From Steroidobacteraceae bacterium (GTDB lineage Bacteria; Pseudomonadota; Gammaproteobacteria; Steroidobacterales; Steroidobacteraceae): DNA of 64,000 nt. This document shows positions 17,095-25,333 of the stretch, one piece after another. A program made the translations under genes and the position numbers. The notes beneath the pieces were generated by a model. The model saw nothing but the letters and a program-made list of their open reading frames with translations. It was not told the origin of the DNA and did not search any database. The stretch is taken from the NCBI GenBank assembly GCA_036273095.1, contig DATAXF010000008.1, positions 10,769-74,768 of the forward strand. Reading direction: 5' to 3'. Every line of letters starts with the position of its first letter. Position 1 is the stretch's first letter.

Positions 17095-17870
17095 TAAACG
17101 AGCCCGCGGCAGCGTATGTAGAGATGCAGATATTTGCGGCGGACGTAATTCGATTCGACCAGCGCGAACACCAGCCCCCGCCAGCCGTCGAGAAACCCGA
17201 GCCTGAGCACATAGCCGCGGAAGAACCGCCACTGCGGATTGAAGAGCACCTTGCCGAAGCCGCACCGCTTGCCGGCGGCATATAGCGCCTGACCCATGAG
17301 CTCCGCGTAGCGCTGCATCTTGTTGTGATGGTCCGCGAGGCTGCGGTAGGAGTAATGCTCGAGATGTCCGTGCAGCCGCCCCACCCGGCCCTCGACGCGG
17401 GTGTTCTCGTGGATCTCGCGGCCGATCCAGCCGCCGCGGCGGCGGTCGAAGAGCCGGATCAGGCGGTCCGGATAGGCGTTCCCGTGGCGCAGGAAGCGGC
17501 CGAAATATTCCGTGATGCGTGGCACCGACCAGCCCGCGTACCCCTCGAAGCCGCCTGCGCGCAGCCGCTCGACCTCCTGCCGCAGCGCATCGGTCACCCG
17601 CTCGTCGGCATCGAGGCAGAGCACCCAGTCGTGGCGGGCGGAGTCCACCGCGAACTGCTTCTGCGAGCGGTAGCCCGGCCAGTCGCGCTCGATGACGCGC
17701 GCCCCCAGCGCGGCCGCCAGGTCCCGTGTCGCATCGGTCGAGTGGGAGTCCACGACGATCACCTCATCGCAGAAGCTGACCGAGCGCACGCAAGCCTCGA
17801 TGCGGTCGGCCTCGTTGTAGGTGATGATGCAGGCCGAAAGGCCGCTACGATTGGTTTGCCCCATGCGCAT
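17094..17870 (-). CDS. Family 2 glycosyltransferase, LPS-core type (KdtX/WaaE-like)
   Basis: SACIITYNEADRIEACVRSV...VIVVDSHSTDATRD...LCLDADERV (DxD). Size and pattern match KdtX-like core glycosyltransferases. Confidence 0.8.
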   Translation of the reverse strand: MRMGQTNRSGLSACIITYNEADRIEACVRSVSFCDEVIVVDSHSTDATRDLAAALGARVIERDWPGYRSQKQFAVDSARHDWVLCLDADERVTDALRQEVERLRAGGFEGYAGWSVPRITEYFGRFLRHGNAYPDRLIRLFDRRRGGWIGREIHENTRVEGRVGRLHGHLEHYSYRSLADHHNKMQRYAELMGQALYAAGKRCGFGKVLFNPQWRFFRGYVLRLGFLDGWRGLVFALVESNYVRRKYLHLYIRCRGLV

Positions 17871-17921
17871 AGTTTATCGGCTGCAGACGCTCAGGGCTCG
17901 CCCGAGCTATAGTAAGCCCTC

Positions 17922-18839
17922 ATGAGCGTGGTGTCGCAGATCGATCCGGCCGCGGCCGATGTCTCCGAGCGGATCGCGCACGCGCTCGAGTCGAATCACA
18001 TCGTCTATTTCCCCAAGAGCCCGATCCCCCTGCCGGACCCGCAGACCCTGGAGTACCTGCGCACCGAGCTGCCCTCGCGCCTGAAGCTGAAGAACATCAG
18101 CTACCACCCGGAAGGGGCGCGCGTCACCGGGCTCGAGGCTGACGATACGCTGCGCAAGCGCACTTCCGAGGTCCTGAAGCGACACCTCGACGATGTAGCC
18201 GGGTTCCTGTACGGGATCATGCCTCAGTGGCGCGGCGTCTGCCGGGTTGGAACGTGCAGCTTTCGCCCGATCCAGGAGCGGGGCCGCAACCTCAAGGCTC
18301 ATGCGAGCAATGAGCTCGTACACGTCGACGCAGGCGCCTACGGCGCCACGAACGGTGATCGCATCTTTCGCTTCTTCGTGAATGTGAACGACCGCGAGGA
18401 CCGCCTCTGGGCGAGCAAAGGGAGCCTGCAGGAAGTGCTCGAGCGGCACGGAGCCGCCGCCGGCCTGCTCGATGGCTCGGGAAATCTCAAGCTGCGGGTC
18501 GACAAAGGCCTGGCCGATCACGCCTTCAGTGCGGCAATTCACGGCCTCGCCCGGCTCAACCCGCTGGCGCATACCCTGGACTCGAGTCCGTATGATCGCA
18601 CCATGCGCCGGCTGCACAACTACATGAAGGACAGCGACGACTTCAAACAGGATACGCGCGGCTACGAGGAAATCCGCTTTCCGCCCTACTCCGCCTGGAT
18701 GGTGTTCACCGACGGTGTCAGCCACGCGAGCCTGGCAGGCCAGTTCGCGTTGGTGACGACTATCATCGTCCCGCGACACGCGCTCAGGCACCCCCAATTT
18801 TCCCCTTATGCGCTGCTCACGGCGCGGGAGCCTTCGTGA
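17922..18839 (+). CDS. kdoO: Kdo hydroxylase-like Fe(II)/2-oxoglutarate dioxygenase (KdoO family)
   Basis: Recognised from memory of the family pattern: LESNHIVYFPKSPIPL..., LKLKNISY, SFRPIQERGRNL...NELVHVDAGAY...GDRIFRFFVNVN, HNYMK, FPPYSAWMVFTDGVSHASLAGQFAL. Divergent to an LPS-core GT2 gene. Confidence 0.65.
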   Translation: MSVVSQIDPAAADVSERIAHALESNHIVYFPKSPIPLPDPQTLEYLRTELPSRLKLKNISYHPEGARVTGLEADDTLRKRTSEVLKRHLDDVAGFLYGIMPQWRGVCRVGTCSFRPIQERGRNLKAHASNELVHVDAGAYGATNGDRIFRFFVNVNDREDRLWASKGSLQEVLERHGAAAGLLDGSGNLKLRVDKGLADHAFSAAIHGLARLNPLAHTLDSSPYDRTMRRLHNYMKDSDDFKQDTRGYEEIRFPPYSAWMVFTDGVSHASLAGQFALVTTIIVPRHALRHPQFSPYALLTAREPS

Positions 18840-19075
18840 CTGAAGACATGCAATCGGAGCTCGAGCGGCTTCGAGCCGAGAACGAGCGCCTGAAGAAAGC
18901 CGGCCGCGGCAAGCTCGCGATGAAAGTCAGCGAGAAAGGCGCGCTGTCGGTATACGGGATGGGCCGCTTCCCGGTAACCCTCTACAAGGAGCAGTGGCTG
19001 CGGCTCATCGCCATGGCCGACGAGATCAAGGCCTTCATCGAGGCGAACGACGCCAGCCTCAAATCGAAGGAATAG
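18836..19075 (+). CDS. Hypothetical small coiled-coil protein (79 aa)
   Basis: GTG 18836 overlaps the kdoO stop (GTGA). ELERLRAENERLKK followed by KVSEKGALSVYGMGRFPVTLYKEQWLRLI. Family unknown. Confidence 0.5.
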   Translation: MTEDMQSELERLRAENERLKKAGRGKLAMKVSEKGALSVYGMGRFPVTLYKEQWLRLIAMADEIKAFIEANDASLKSKE

Positions 19076-20710
19076 TCACTCGCGAACGCTCGCCAGCTCC
19101 TCGACCAGCACGCGCATGTTCTCCGAGTAGTCGATGGGCACGGCCACGAGCTGCATGCCGCCGGCCGCGAAGGCCGCCTCGAGCGCCGGCGCGAGGCCGT
19201 CGGCGCTCTCGACGCGGGTTCCTTTCATCCCGTAAGCCTTGGCGTAGGTGACGAAGTCGGGGTTGCCGAACGTCATGCCGTAGTCGGCGAATCCATCCGC
19301 CGCCTGCTTCCAGCGGATCATGCCGTAGGCGTTGTCCTGCAGGATGAGGACCACGAGATTCAGGCCGAGGCGCACGGCCGTCTCCAGCTCCTGCGAGCTC
19401 ATCATGAAGCCGCCGTCGCCGCAGACCGCGAGCACACGCCGGTCCGGATGAAGCATCGACGCCATCATCGCCGACGGAAGCCCCGCCCCCATCGTCGCCA
19501 GCGCGTTGTCGAGGAGGAGCGTGTTGGCGACGCGTGTGCGGTAATTGCGCGCGAACCAGATCTTGTACATGCCGTTATCCAGGCACACGATGCCGTCCTC
19601 CGGCATTGCGTGGCGCACATCGCGCACGATCCGCTGCGGTGTCAGCGGATAACGGCTTTCCGTGGCACGCTCCCCGATGCGCTCCAGAATGTGCTCACGC
19701 AGCGGCAGCAGCGCGCCGGCACGGGGGAGCTTTCCTTCCAGCCGATCCGCAAGAAGCGCGAGGCTCGGTCCGATGTCGCCTATGAGCTCCGCGTGCGGGA
19801 AGTACACCTCCTCGACCGTCGCCGGCAGATATCCGACGTGCAGGACGGTGGGCCCACCGGGCCCCATCAGGAACGGAGGCTTCTCCACCGTGTCGTGGCC
19901 AATCGAGACGATGAGGTCGGCGCGATCGATGGCCTGATGAACGTAGTCACGCGCGGATAGCGCCGCCGTGCCCATGTAGAGCCCGGAGCCGCCCGCCACC
20001 GAGCCCTTGCCCATCTGGGTGTTGAAGAACGGGATCTGCACGCGCCTGACGAAATCCGAGAGGGCATCCGCAAGGCGGGGCCGGCTCGCCGCCGCCCCGA
20101 GCATCACCAACGGGTACTGCGCTTTGCGGATGAGCTCCGCCGCCTGCTCGAGCGCCAGGGGATCGGCGACCGGCAGGCTTGTCGGGTGCGGCGGCACCAG
20201 CCGGACATCGGGTGCCGCCTCCGCGGCAACATCCTCCGGCAGCTCGAGGTGCACCGGCCCCGGGCGCTCCTGGCGCGCGACCCGGAATGCCTCGCGCACC
20301 ATCGAGGGAATGGTCGCCGTGCCGATGATGCGATGCGCCATCTTCGTGAGCGGCGTCATCGTCGAGACGATGTCGACGATTTGGAATCGCGCCTGTTTAC
20401 GGGACAGGACACCCTTCTGCCCCGTGATCATGACCATCGGCATGGCGCCGAGCAGCGCGTACGCGGCGCCGGTCGTCAGATTCAACGCTCCCGGGCCGAG
20501 CGTCGTCAGGCACACGCCGGGTTCCCCGGTCAAACGCCCGTGGGTCGCCGCCATGAACGCCGCCGCCTGCTCGTGGCGTGTCAGCACCAACTCGATGCTC
20601 GAGCGGCGCAGCGCTTCGACGACATCGAGATTCTCCTCTCCGGGAACACCGAAGATCTGCTTCACGCCCTCGCTCTCGAGAGCCGCCACCAGGAGCTGCG
20701 CGCCGTTCAT
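19076..20710 (-). CDS. Thiamine-diphosphate enzyme, acetolactate synthase (AlsS/large subunit)-like
   Basis: N-terminal MNGAQLLVAALESEGVKQIFGVPGEENL. TPP-binding motif CGDGGFMMSSQELETAVRLGLN. ATG 20710 is preferred over TTG 20725 (GAGG 9 nt upstream). Confidence 0.85.
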   Translation of the reverse strand: MNGAQLLVAALESEGVKQIFGVPGEENLDVVEALRRSSIELVLTRHEQAAAFMAATHGRLTGEPGVCLTTLGPGALNLTTGAAYALLGAMPMVMITGQKGVLSRKQARFQIVDIVSTMTPLTKMAHRIIGTATIPSMVREAFRVARQERPGPVHLELPEDVAAEAAPDVRLVPPHPTSLPVADPLALEQAAELIRKAQYPLVMLGAAASRPRLADALSDFVRRVQIPFFNTQMGKGSVAGGSGLYMGTAALSARDYVHQAIDRADLIVSIGHDTVEKPPFLMGPGGPTVLHVGYLPATVEEVYFPHAELIGDIGPSLALLADRLEGKLPRAGALLPLREHILERIGERATESRYPLTPQRIVRDVRHAMPEDGIVCLDNGMYKIWFARNYRTRVANTLLLDNALATMGAGLPSAMMASMLHPDRRVLAVCGDGGFMMSSQELETAVRLGLNLVVLILQDNAYGMIRWKQAADGFADYGMTFGNPDFVTYAKAYGMKGTRVESADGLAPALEAAFAAGGMQLVAVPIDYSENMRVLVEELASVRE

Positions 20711-20721
20711 GGAGTTTGACC

Positions 20722-21372
20722 TCAACTCTTTGCGAACAGCCGGTCCGCGACGAAGGGGTTGGTTCTGCGCTCCGCCCCGAAGGTCGACATGGGCCCGTGC
20801 CCGGGCACGAACCGCACGTCATCGCCGAGCGGAAACAGGCGCTCGCGGATCGACCTGATCAGCGCTTCGTGATTGCCGCGTGGAAAATCCGTGCGGCCTA
20901 TCGAGCCTGCGAACAGCACATCGCCCACCCAGGCGCAGCGCTGCCCCGGATGAAAGAACACCACATGCCCGGGAGTGTGTCCCGGGCAGTGCAGCACCTC
21001 GAGTGTCTGTCCGCCCACCGTGACCCGATCACCCTGCTCGAGCCACCGGTCGGGCTCGAACGACTGCGCCGGCGGAAATCCGTACTGCGCGGCGGCCTGC
21101 GGCAGGGCCTCGATCCAGAACTGATCCTCGCGCTGCGGGCCCTCGACCGGCAGCCCTCGCACGCGCGCGAGATCCGCGGTGGCGGCGCAATGATCGACAT
21201 GCGCGTGCGTGAGGAGGATCTTTTCGAGCGTCACCTCACGCTGGTCGGCTTCGGCGAGCACGCGTTCGATCTCGCCCCCGGGGTCGACCACCGCGCCCCG
21301 CCTGCTGTCCTCGTCCCAGATGAGCGAGCAATTCTGTTGGAACGGTGTGACGGGAATGATGAGCGCGCGCAT
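20722..21372 (-). CDS. MBL-fold hydrolase (YcbL/GloC-type glyoxalase II-like)
   Basis: ATG 21372 overlaps the upstream stop (ATGA). THAHVDH zinc motif, CPGHTPGHVVFF, GDVLFAGSIGRTDFPRGN. Confidence 0.85.
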   Translation of the reverse strand: MRALIIPVTPFQQNCSLIWDEDSRRGAVVDPGGEIERVLAEADQREVTLEKILLTHAHVDHCAATADLARVRGLPVEGPQREDQFWIEALPQAAAQYGFPPAQSFEPDRWLEQGDRVTVGGQTLEVLHCPGHTPGHVVFFHPGQRCAWVGDVLFAGSIGRTDFPRGNHEALIRSIRERLFPLGDDVRFVPGHGPMSTFGAERRTNPFVADRLFAKS

Positions 21373-22334
21373 CAGCCGGGCACGATTCCCCAGCAGAAGG
21401 GATCCTTGGGATCGAGGCGCAGGGCAGACTCGGCCGTGACGTGCGCGCTGCCCGTGATGGTCGGCACGATCTCTCCCTTGGCGCGGTCGTGCCAGCGAAA
21501 GCGTGCGGTGAAGGTGCTGCCGATCAGGCTCTCCTGCACCCACGGCACCCCTTCGTCCAGCTTGCCGTCGGCCGCCAGGCAAGCCAGCTTGGCGCTGGTC
21601 CCGGTGCCGCACGGTGAGCGGTCGTAGGCCCCACCCGGGCAGAGCACGAAGTTGCGGCTGCTCGCGCCCGCGCCCGACGGGGGCCCGAAGAGCTCCACGT
21701 GGTCGACCTCGGGGAAGCCCTGCTCGTTGACGGCGCGGCGCAGGCGCGTGGCCACGCTCGTCAGACCCTCGAGGTTGGCGAGAGCGATCGTGACCGCCGG
21801 CGCCTCCGCGAGGAAAAACCAGTTGCCGCCCCAGGCGACATCACCGCGGATCTGGTCCACTCCGGGGCCGGCGCCGGGGAGCGAGACGGCCGCGTGCCGC
21901 ACCTTGCGGAAGCTCCTGACGTTGATCACATCGACCCGGCCGTCATCGTACAGTCGCGCATCGACGGGGCCGACCGGCGTGTCGATGCGGATCGGTCCCG
22001 GCTGGCAGCGGCCGACGGCCGCGAGCGAGGCGACCAGGCCGATGGTGCCGTGCCCGCACATCCCGAGATAGCCGACGTTGTTGAAGAAAATCACGCCGGC
22101 CTGACAGTCCGGCCGGTGCGGACGGCAGAGCAGTGCGCCCACCACCGTGTCGGAGCCTCGCGGCTCATTGACGATCGCGCGGCGATAGTGATCGTACTCC
22201 GCCCGGAAGCGCCTCAGGCGCTCCTCGAGCGGGCCGTCGCCGAGCTCCGGCCCCCCCTCGATGACGAGCCGCGTCGGCTCGCCGGCAGTGTGCGAATCGA
22301 TGACTCGAATGACGTCGGGGCGCTCGGGGGACAT
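21372..22334 (-). CDS. Proline racemase-family enzyme, 4-hydroxyproline 2-epimerase-like
   Basis: VIDSHTAGEPTRLV N-terminus. Both catalytic Cys contexts are present (GMCGHG and DRSPCGTGTSA), the Cys/Cys epimerase/racemase type. Confidence 0.85.
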   Translation of the reverse strand: MSPERPDVIRVIDSHTAGEPTRLVIEGGPELGDGPLEERLRRFRAEYDHYRRAIVNEPRGSDTVVGALLCRPHRPDCQAGVIFFNNVGYLGMCGHGTIGLVASLAAVGRCQPGPIRIDTPVGPVDARLYDDGRVDVINVRSFRKVRHAAVSLPGAGPGVDQIRGDVAWGGNWFFLAEAPAVTIALANLEGLTSVATRLRRAVNEQGFPEVDHVELFGPPSGAGASSRNFVLCPGGAYDRSPCGTGTSAKLACLAADGKLDEGVPWVQESLIGSTFTARFRWHDRAKGEIVPTITGSAHVTAESALRLDPKDPFCWGIVPG

Positions 22335-22362
22335 TCCCCTATTTTAGCGCACCGGCGGTCGC

Positions 22363-22812
22363 TCAGTCGCGGTCGTCATCCGCATCGGAGTAGCGGCTCG
22401 GTGGCGCGCCGCCCATATCATCCTCGACGTCGAGATACGCTTGCGTCACGGGCGCCAGGTCGTGCCTGGCATAGTCGCTGTCCGAGTGCTGCACGTCATC
22501 GCGAAGCGCATGGTAGCTGCGCGAGAGGTCATCGAAAGACGCCTTTACGTCGGCCTTGGCGGCGTCCGGGTCTTCGACGGTGCGGTGGAACTCGTGCGCC
22601 CGATCCGCGAAGTCCCGCGCATCCTCGGTGTAGGACGAATTCTCGTCATACCCACGAGGTGCCTCGGCCGCGTTCTGCTCAAACGCCTGCGCGTTGGTAT
22701 CCAACCGCTCCGCGGAATAATCGAGGCCGCCGTGTCGTGTCGTAGCGCAACCGGCGAGCGCCACCGCCATGAGGGAGGCTGTGAACAGCCGCCCCTTTCC
22801 CACAGTCATCAT
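22363..22812 (-). CDS. Hypothetical acidic lipoprotein
   Basis: Lipobox LMAVALAG-C. The mature part is rich in Asp/Glu. No family recognised. Confidence 0.55.
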   Translation of the reverse strand: MMTVGKGRLFTASLMAVALAGCATTRHGGLDYSAERLDTNAQAFEQNAAEAPRGYDENSSYTEDARDFADRAHEFHRTVEDPDAAKADVKASFDDLSRSYHALRDDVQHSDSDYARHDLAPVTQAYLDVEDDMGGAPPSRYSDADDDRD

Positions 22813-22905
22813 AAGCTTCTCCTCGGCCCTTGAGGCCGCGACTTCACCTGTGGAAAGCCAACGCCCCGCCGGGCGGCGGAGTTCCCTGTCAGAGAAGGTT
22901 CCCTG

Positions 22906-25323
22906 TCAGCGGCCGGCAGCAGGACGCTGCGGTTCCGCCTGTTCGGTGATCGGCAGATCGAGGTAGCTGCCGCGCAGCAGGCTCAGCTTCACCGGCACGC
23001 GTCCCGCCGCGCTCGACTCGCCGCTCACTGCCCTGCCCGACCCGTAGTTGATCTCCCTGTCGGGACGCTTACTGACACGCAACACCATCACCAGGCGGGC
23101 GCCCGACTCGACGCGCACGGCCGTGACCCGCCGGCTGGTGAACGTCAGCGACTCGGCCGCGCCGGGCGCAAGCAGCCGGCGCGCGCCCGGGTCACGCAGA
23201 TAGCTGGCGCGAAACTCCTCCGCGGGCGCGAACAGATGAAAGTAATTACCGTCCGGCAACAGCTCGTAGAGCGAGATGGTGAGGTCCAGGTCGTGCCTGT
23301 TGGTGCGCAGCAGCAGCCGCCCGGAGAAGGTGCCGCCGATATCGAGACCCCCGGGCAGCGGTCCGCTCACGAAGGCGAAGCCGTTCTCCACCGGCACACT
23401 CGCCGTCATGAGGCTCGGTGGCGGGGACTCGCCGTCGTGCTCGCGGCGGCCGAGGTTGGCCGTGATGTTGACGGCCGCGCGGCTGGTCGGCTCGCGCGGA
23501 GTCAGGCTCCCGGAGCCGGCGCGCGGCTCGGCGGCGAGGTAGAGCCGCACACGATCGTTGGCGAGTTGATCCAGCGTAGCCGTGTGCTGCCAGGCATTGG
23601 CTCCCATCACCTCGAAGTTGACACGGTCCGACAGCAGCGCCGGCTTCGGGCCGTTGAGGAACAGGTACTCGAACCACTGCAGCTCGATGCCTCGCAGGTA
23701 GATGACCGCCGCAGGATCGGTGCGGTAGTCGCGCACCAGCGCCTGCGCGCTTCCATCCCGCATCTCGGCCTCGTCGTAGGGACCCGCGAGCAGTATCTGT
23801 GCCGCCTGCGGGTCGTGCGCGTAGTGTTGCTGGAAGTAGAAGAGCGTCCCGGCCTCGCCGCCACTGTAATAGCCGGTCAGGGACAGGATCGGGATGTCGA
23901 CGTGCGCAAACTCCTGCGGCGAAGGCACCAGCCGCCGCCAGTAATCGTCATAGGCGGGATGTGCCAGCCAGCGCTGGAAGATCGTGCTCGGCTGCCCCGC
24001 GAGCCGCGGCAGGTCGCGGAAAGGCTTGCCGCTCGCATACCACTTCGCATTCAGCGCATCGCACCAGTCCGGGCTTCCGGTCGCCGCCGCCGGCGCGGCA
24101 CCGGGCCCTGGCGCGCCGGCCGCATTCGCGCCGCTCGGGCTGGTACCGCCTCCCTGGCTCACGGCGGCGGCGGCCTGCGGAATCGAGGCCGGTCCGCCAT
24201 CAGGCGCGGTGTCGCCCTGGTCGCGCTCCGATTCGACGCCTTGCAACCAACAGTAGGCGGCGTTGAGCCCGATGCCGCCATCCATCGGAAAGTTGACACC
24301 GGGCGCCATCGCATCGGAAGTCGCGATTCCCTTCAGCTGCGGCGGCAGTCGCTTCGCCACCGCCCAGGCGACGAAACCGCTGTAGCCGTCCCCATACATG
24401 CCGACCTGAGCATCGCTCCACGGCTGCTTGGCGATCCAGTCGATCACCGCGCGGGCGCGCTCCCCCTCGCCCTCGAACGGAATCACCTGCCAGGCGTGGC
24501 GCCCGGCGCGTACGGCGGGTGTGAAAGCCACCAGGCTCGCGAAGCCATGCGCCGCCGCCTGGAGCGCTTCATCGTAGCCGCCGGGGGCGATGCGATATTG
24601 CAGCAGGGTCGTCAGCATTCCGGTCGAGCTGCGCGGCCGCACCAGCAGCGCGAGCACCTTGCCGTGGCCCGGAGTGGCGATCGCGACGTCGTCCTGGATG
24701 TTGTAGCGCCGGTCCTCATCGAGCGAGATGAGCCCGGGAACAATCGGGCCGAAGCTGCGGTAGGCCTCGAAGGCGACATACTGCCAGATGAGCGTGATCG
24801 CCTCGGGCTCATCGATCCGTTCATGGCCGCGCAGCCCGTCGAAGCTCGCTTGCAGCGCCGCGGCGTACGCGGCAGGGGGCGCCTCGAGCCACGATTCGAC
24901 CCGATAGCCGTCGAGGTTGTTGAAGATCGGAATGGTCTCCCAGAACGCGAGATCGAACGCCTGTGGGAAGGCCAGCCGGTACTGTGCCTGCAGCGACCTC
25001 GCGTGCACGTAGAGATCGTAGACCGATGCGGGATCCGCCGGCGGCCGGTGGGGTGTGCCGCCGCGCGCCTGCTGCAGATCGAGCCGCGCCGAGTAGGCCT
25101 CATCGAAGTTGCCGGCGACGAGCTGCAGGACCGACATGTTGCCGAGGTACTGCTCGCGGCTGTCGTTGCGGTAGCCGGGGATGATTCGCGACGCCAGATC
25201 GCGCATCACGGTCGCTGTCGCCGGATCATCGACCGAGCTTGGCGCGCGGAACTCGAGACTCTGCGCCGCCGCGAGGCGCGGCAGCAGCACGAGCAGGAGG
25301 ACGATGCCGAGCGCCGTACGCAT
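22906..25323 (-). CDS. CocE/NonD (peptidase S15)-family protein, secreted, with Gly at the expected nucleophile position
   Basis: ATG 25323 gives the signal peptide MRTALGIVLLLVLLPRLAAAQ. The alpha/beta-hydrolase core contains VGMYGDGYSGFVAW, which aligns to CocE GMFGVSYLGVTQW. Long C-terminal jelly-roll-like region. The ORF extension to 26094 overlaps the GH15 gene and is rejected. Confidence 0.7.
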   Translation of the reverse strand: MRTALGIVLLLVLLPRLAAAQSLEFRAPSSVDDPATATVMRDLASRIIPGYRNDSREQYLGNMSVLQLVAGNFDEAYSARLDLQQARGGTPHRPPADPASVYDLYVHARSLQAQYRLAFPQAFDLAFWETIPIFNNLDGYRVESWLEAPPAAYAAALQASFDGLRGHERIDEPEAITLIWQYVAFEAYRSFGPIVPGLISLDEDRRYNIQDDVAIATPGHGKVLALLVRPRSSTGMLTTLLQYRIAPGGYDEALQAAAHGFASLVAFTPAVRAGRHAWQVIPFEGEGERARAVIDWIAKQPWSDAQVGMYGDGYSGFVAWAVAKRLPPQLKGIATSDAMAPGVNFPMDGGIGLNAAYCWLQGVESERDQGDTAPDGGPASIPQAAAAVSQGGGTSPSGANAAGAPGPGAAPAAATGSPDWCDALNAKWYASGKPFRDLPRLAGQPSTIFQRWLAHPAYDDYWRRLVPSPQEFAHVDIPILSLTGYYSGGEAGTLFYFQQHYAHDPQAAQILLAGPYDEAEMRDGSAQALVRDYRTDPAAVIYLRGIELQWFEYLFLNGPKPALLSDRVNFEVMGANAWQHTATLDQLANDRVRLYLAAEPRAGSGSLTPREPTSRAAVNITANLGRREHDGESPPPSLMTASVPVENGFAFVSGPLPGGLDIGGTFSGRLLLRTNRHDLDLTISLYELLPDGNYFHLFAPAEEFRASYLRDPGARRLLAPGAAESLTFTSRRVTAVRVESGARLVMVLRVSKRPDREINYGSGRAVSGESSAAGRVPVKLSLLRGSYLDLPITEQAEPQRPAAGR

Positions 25324-25333
25324 GTTACAGGCC

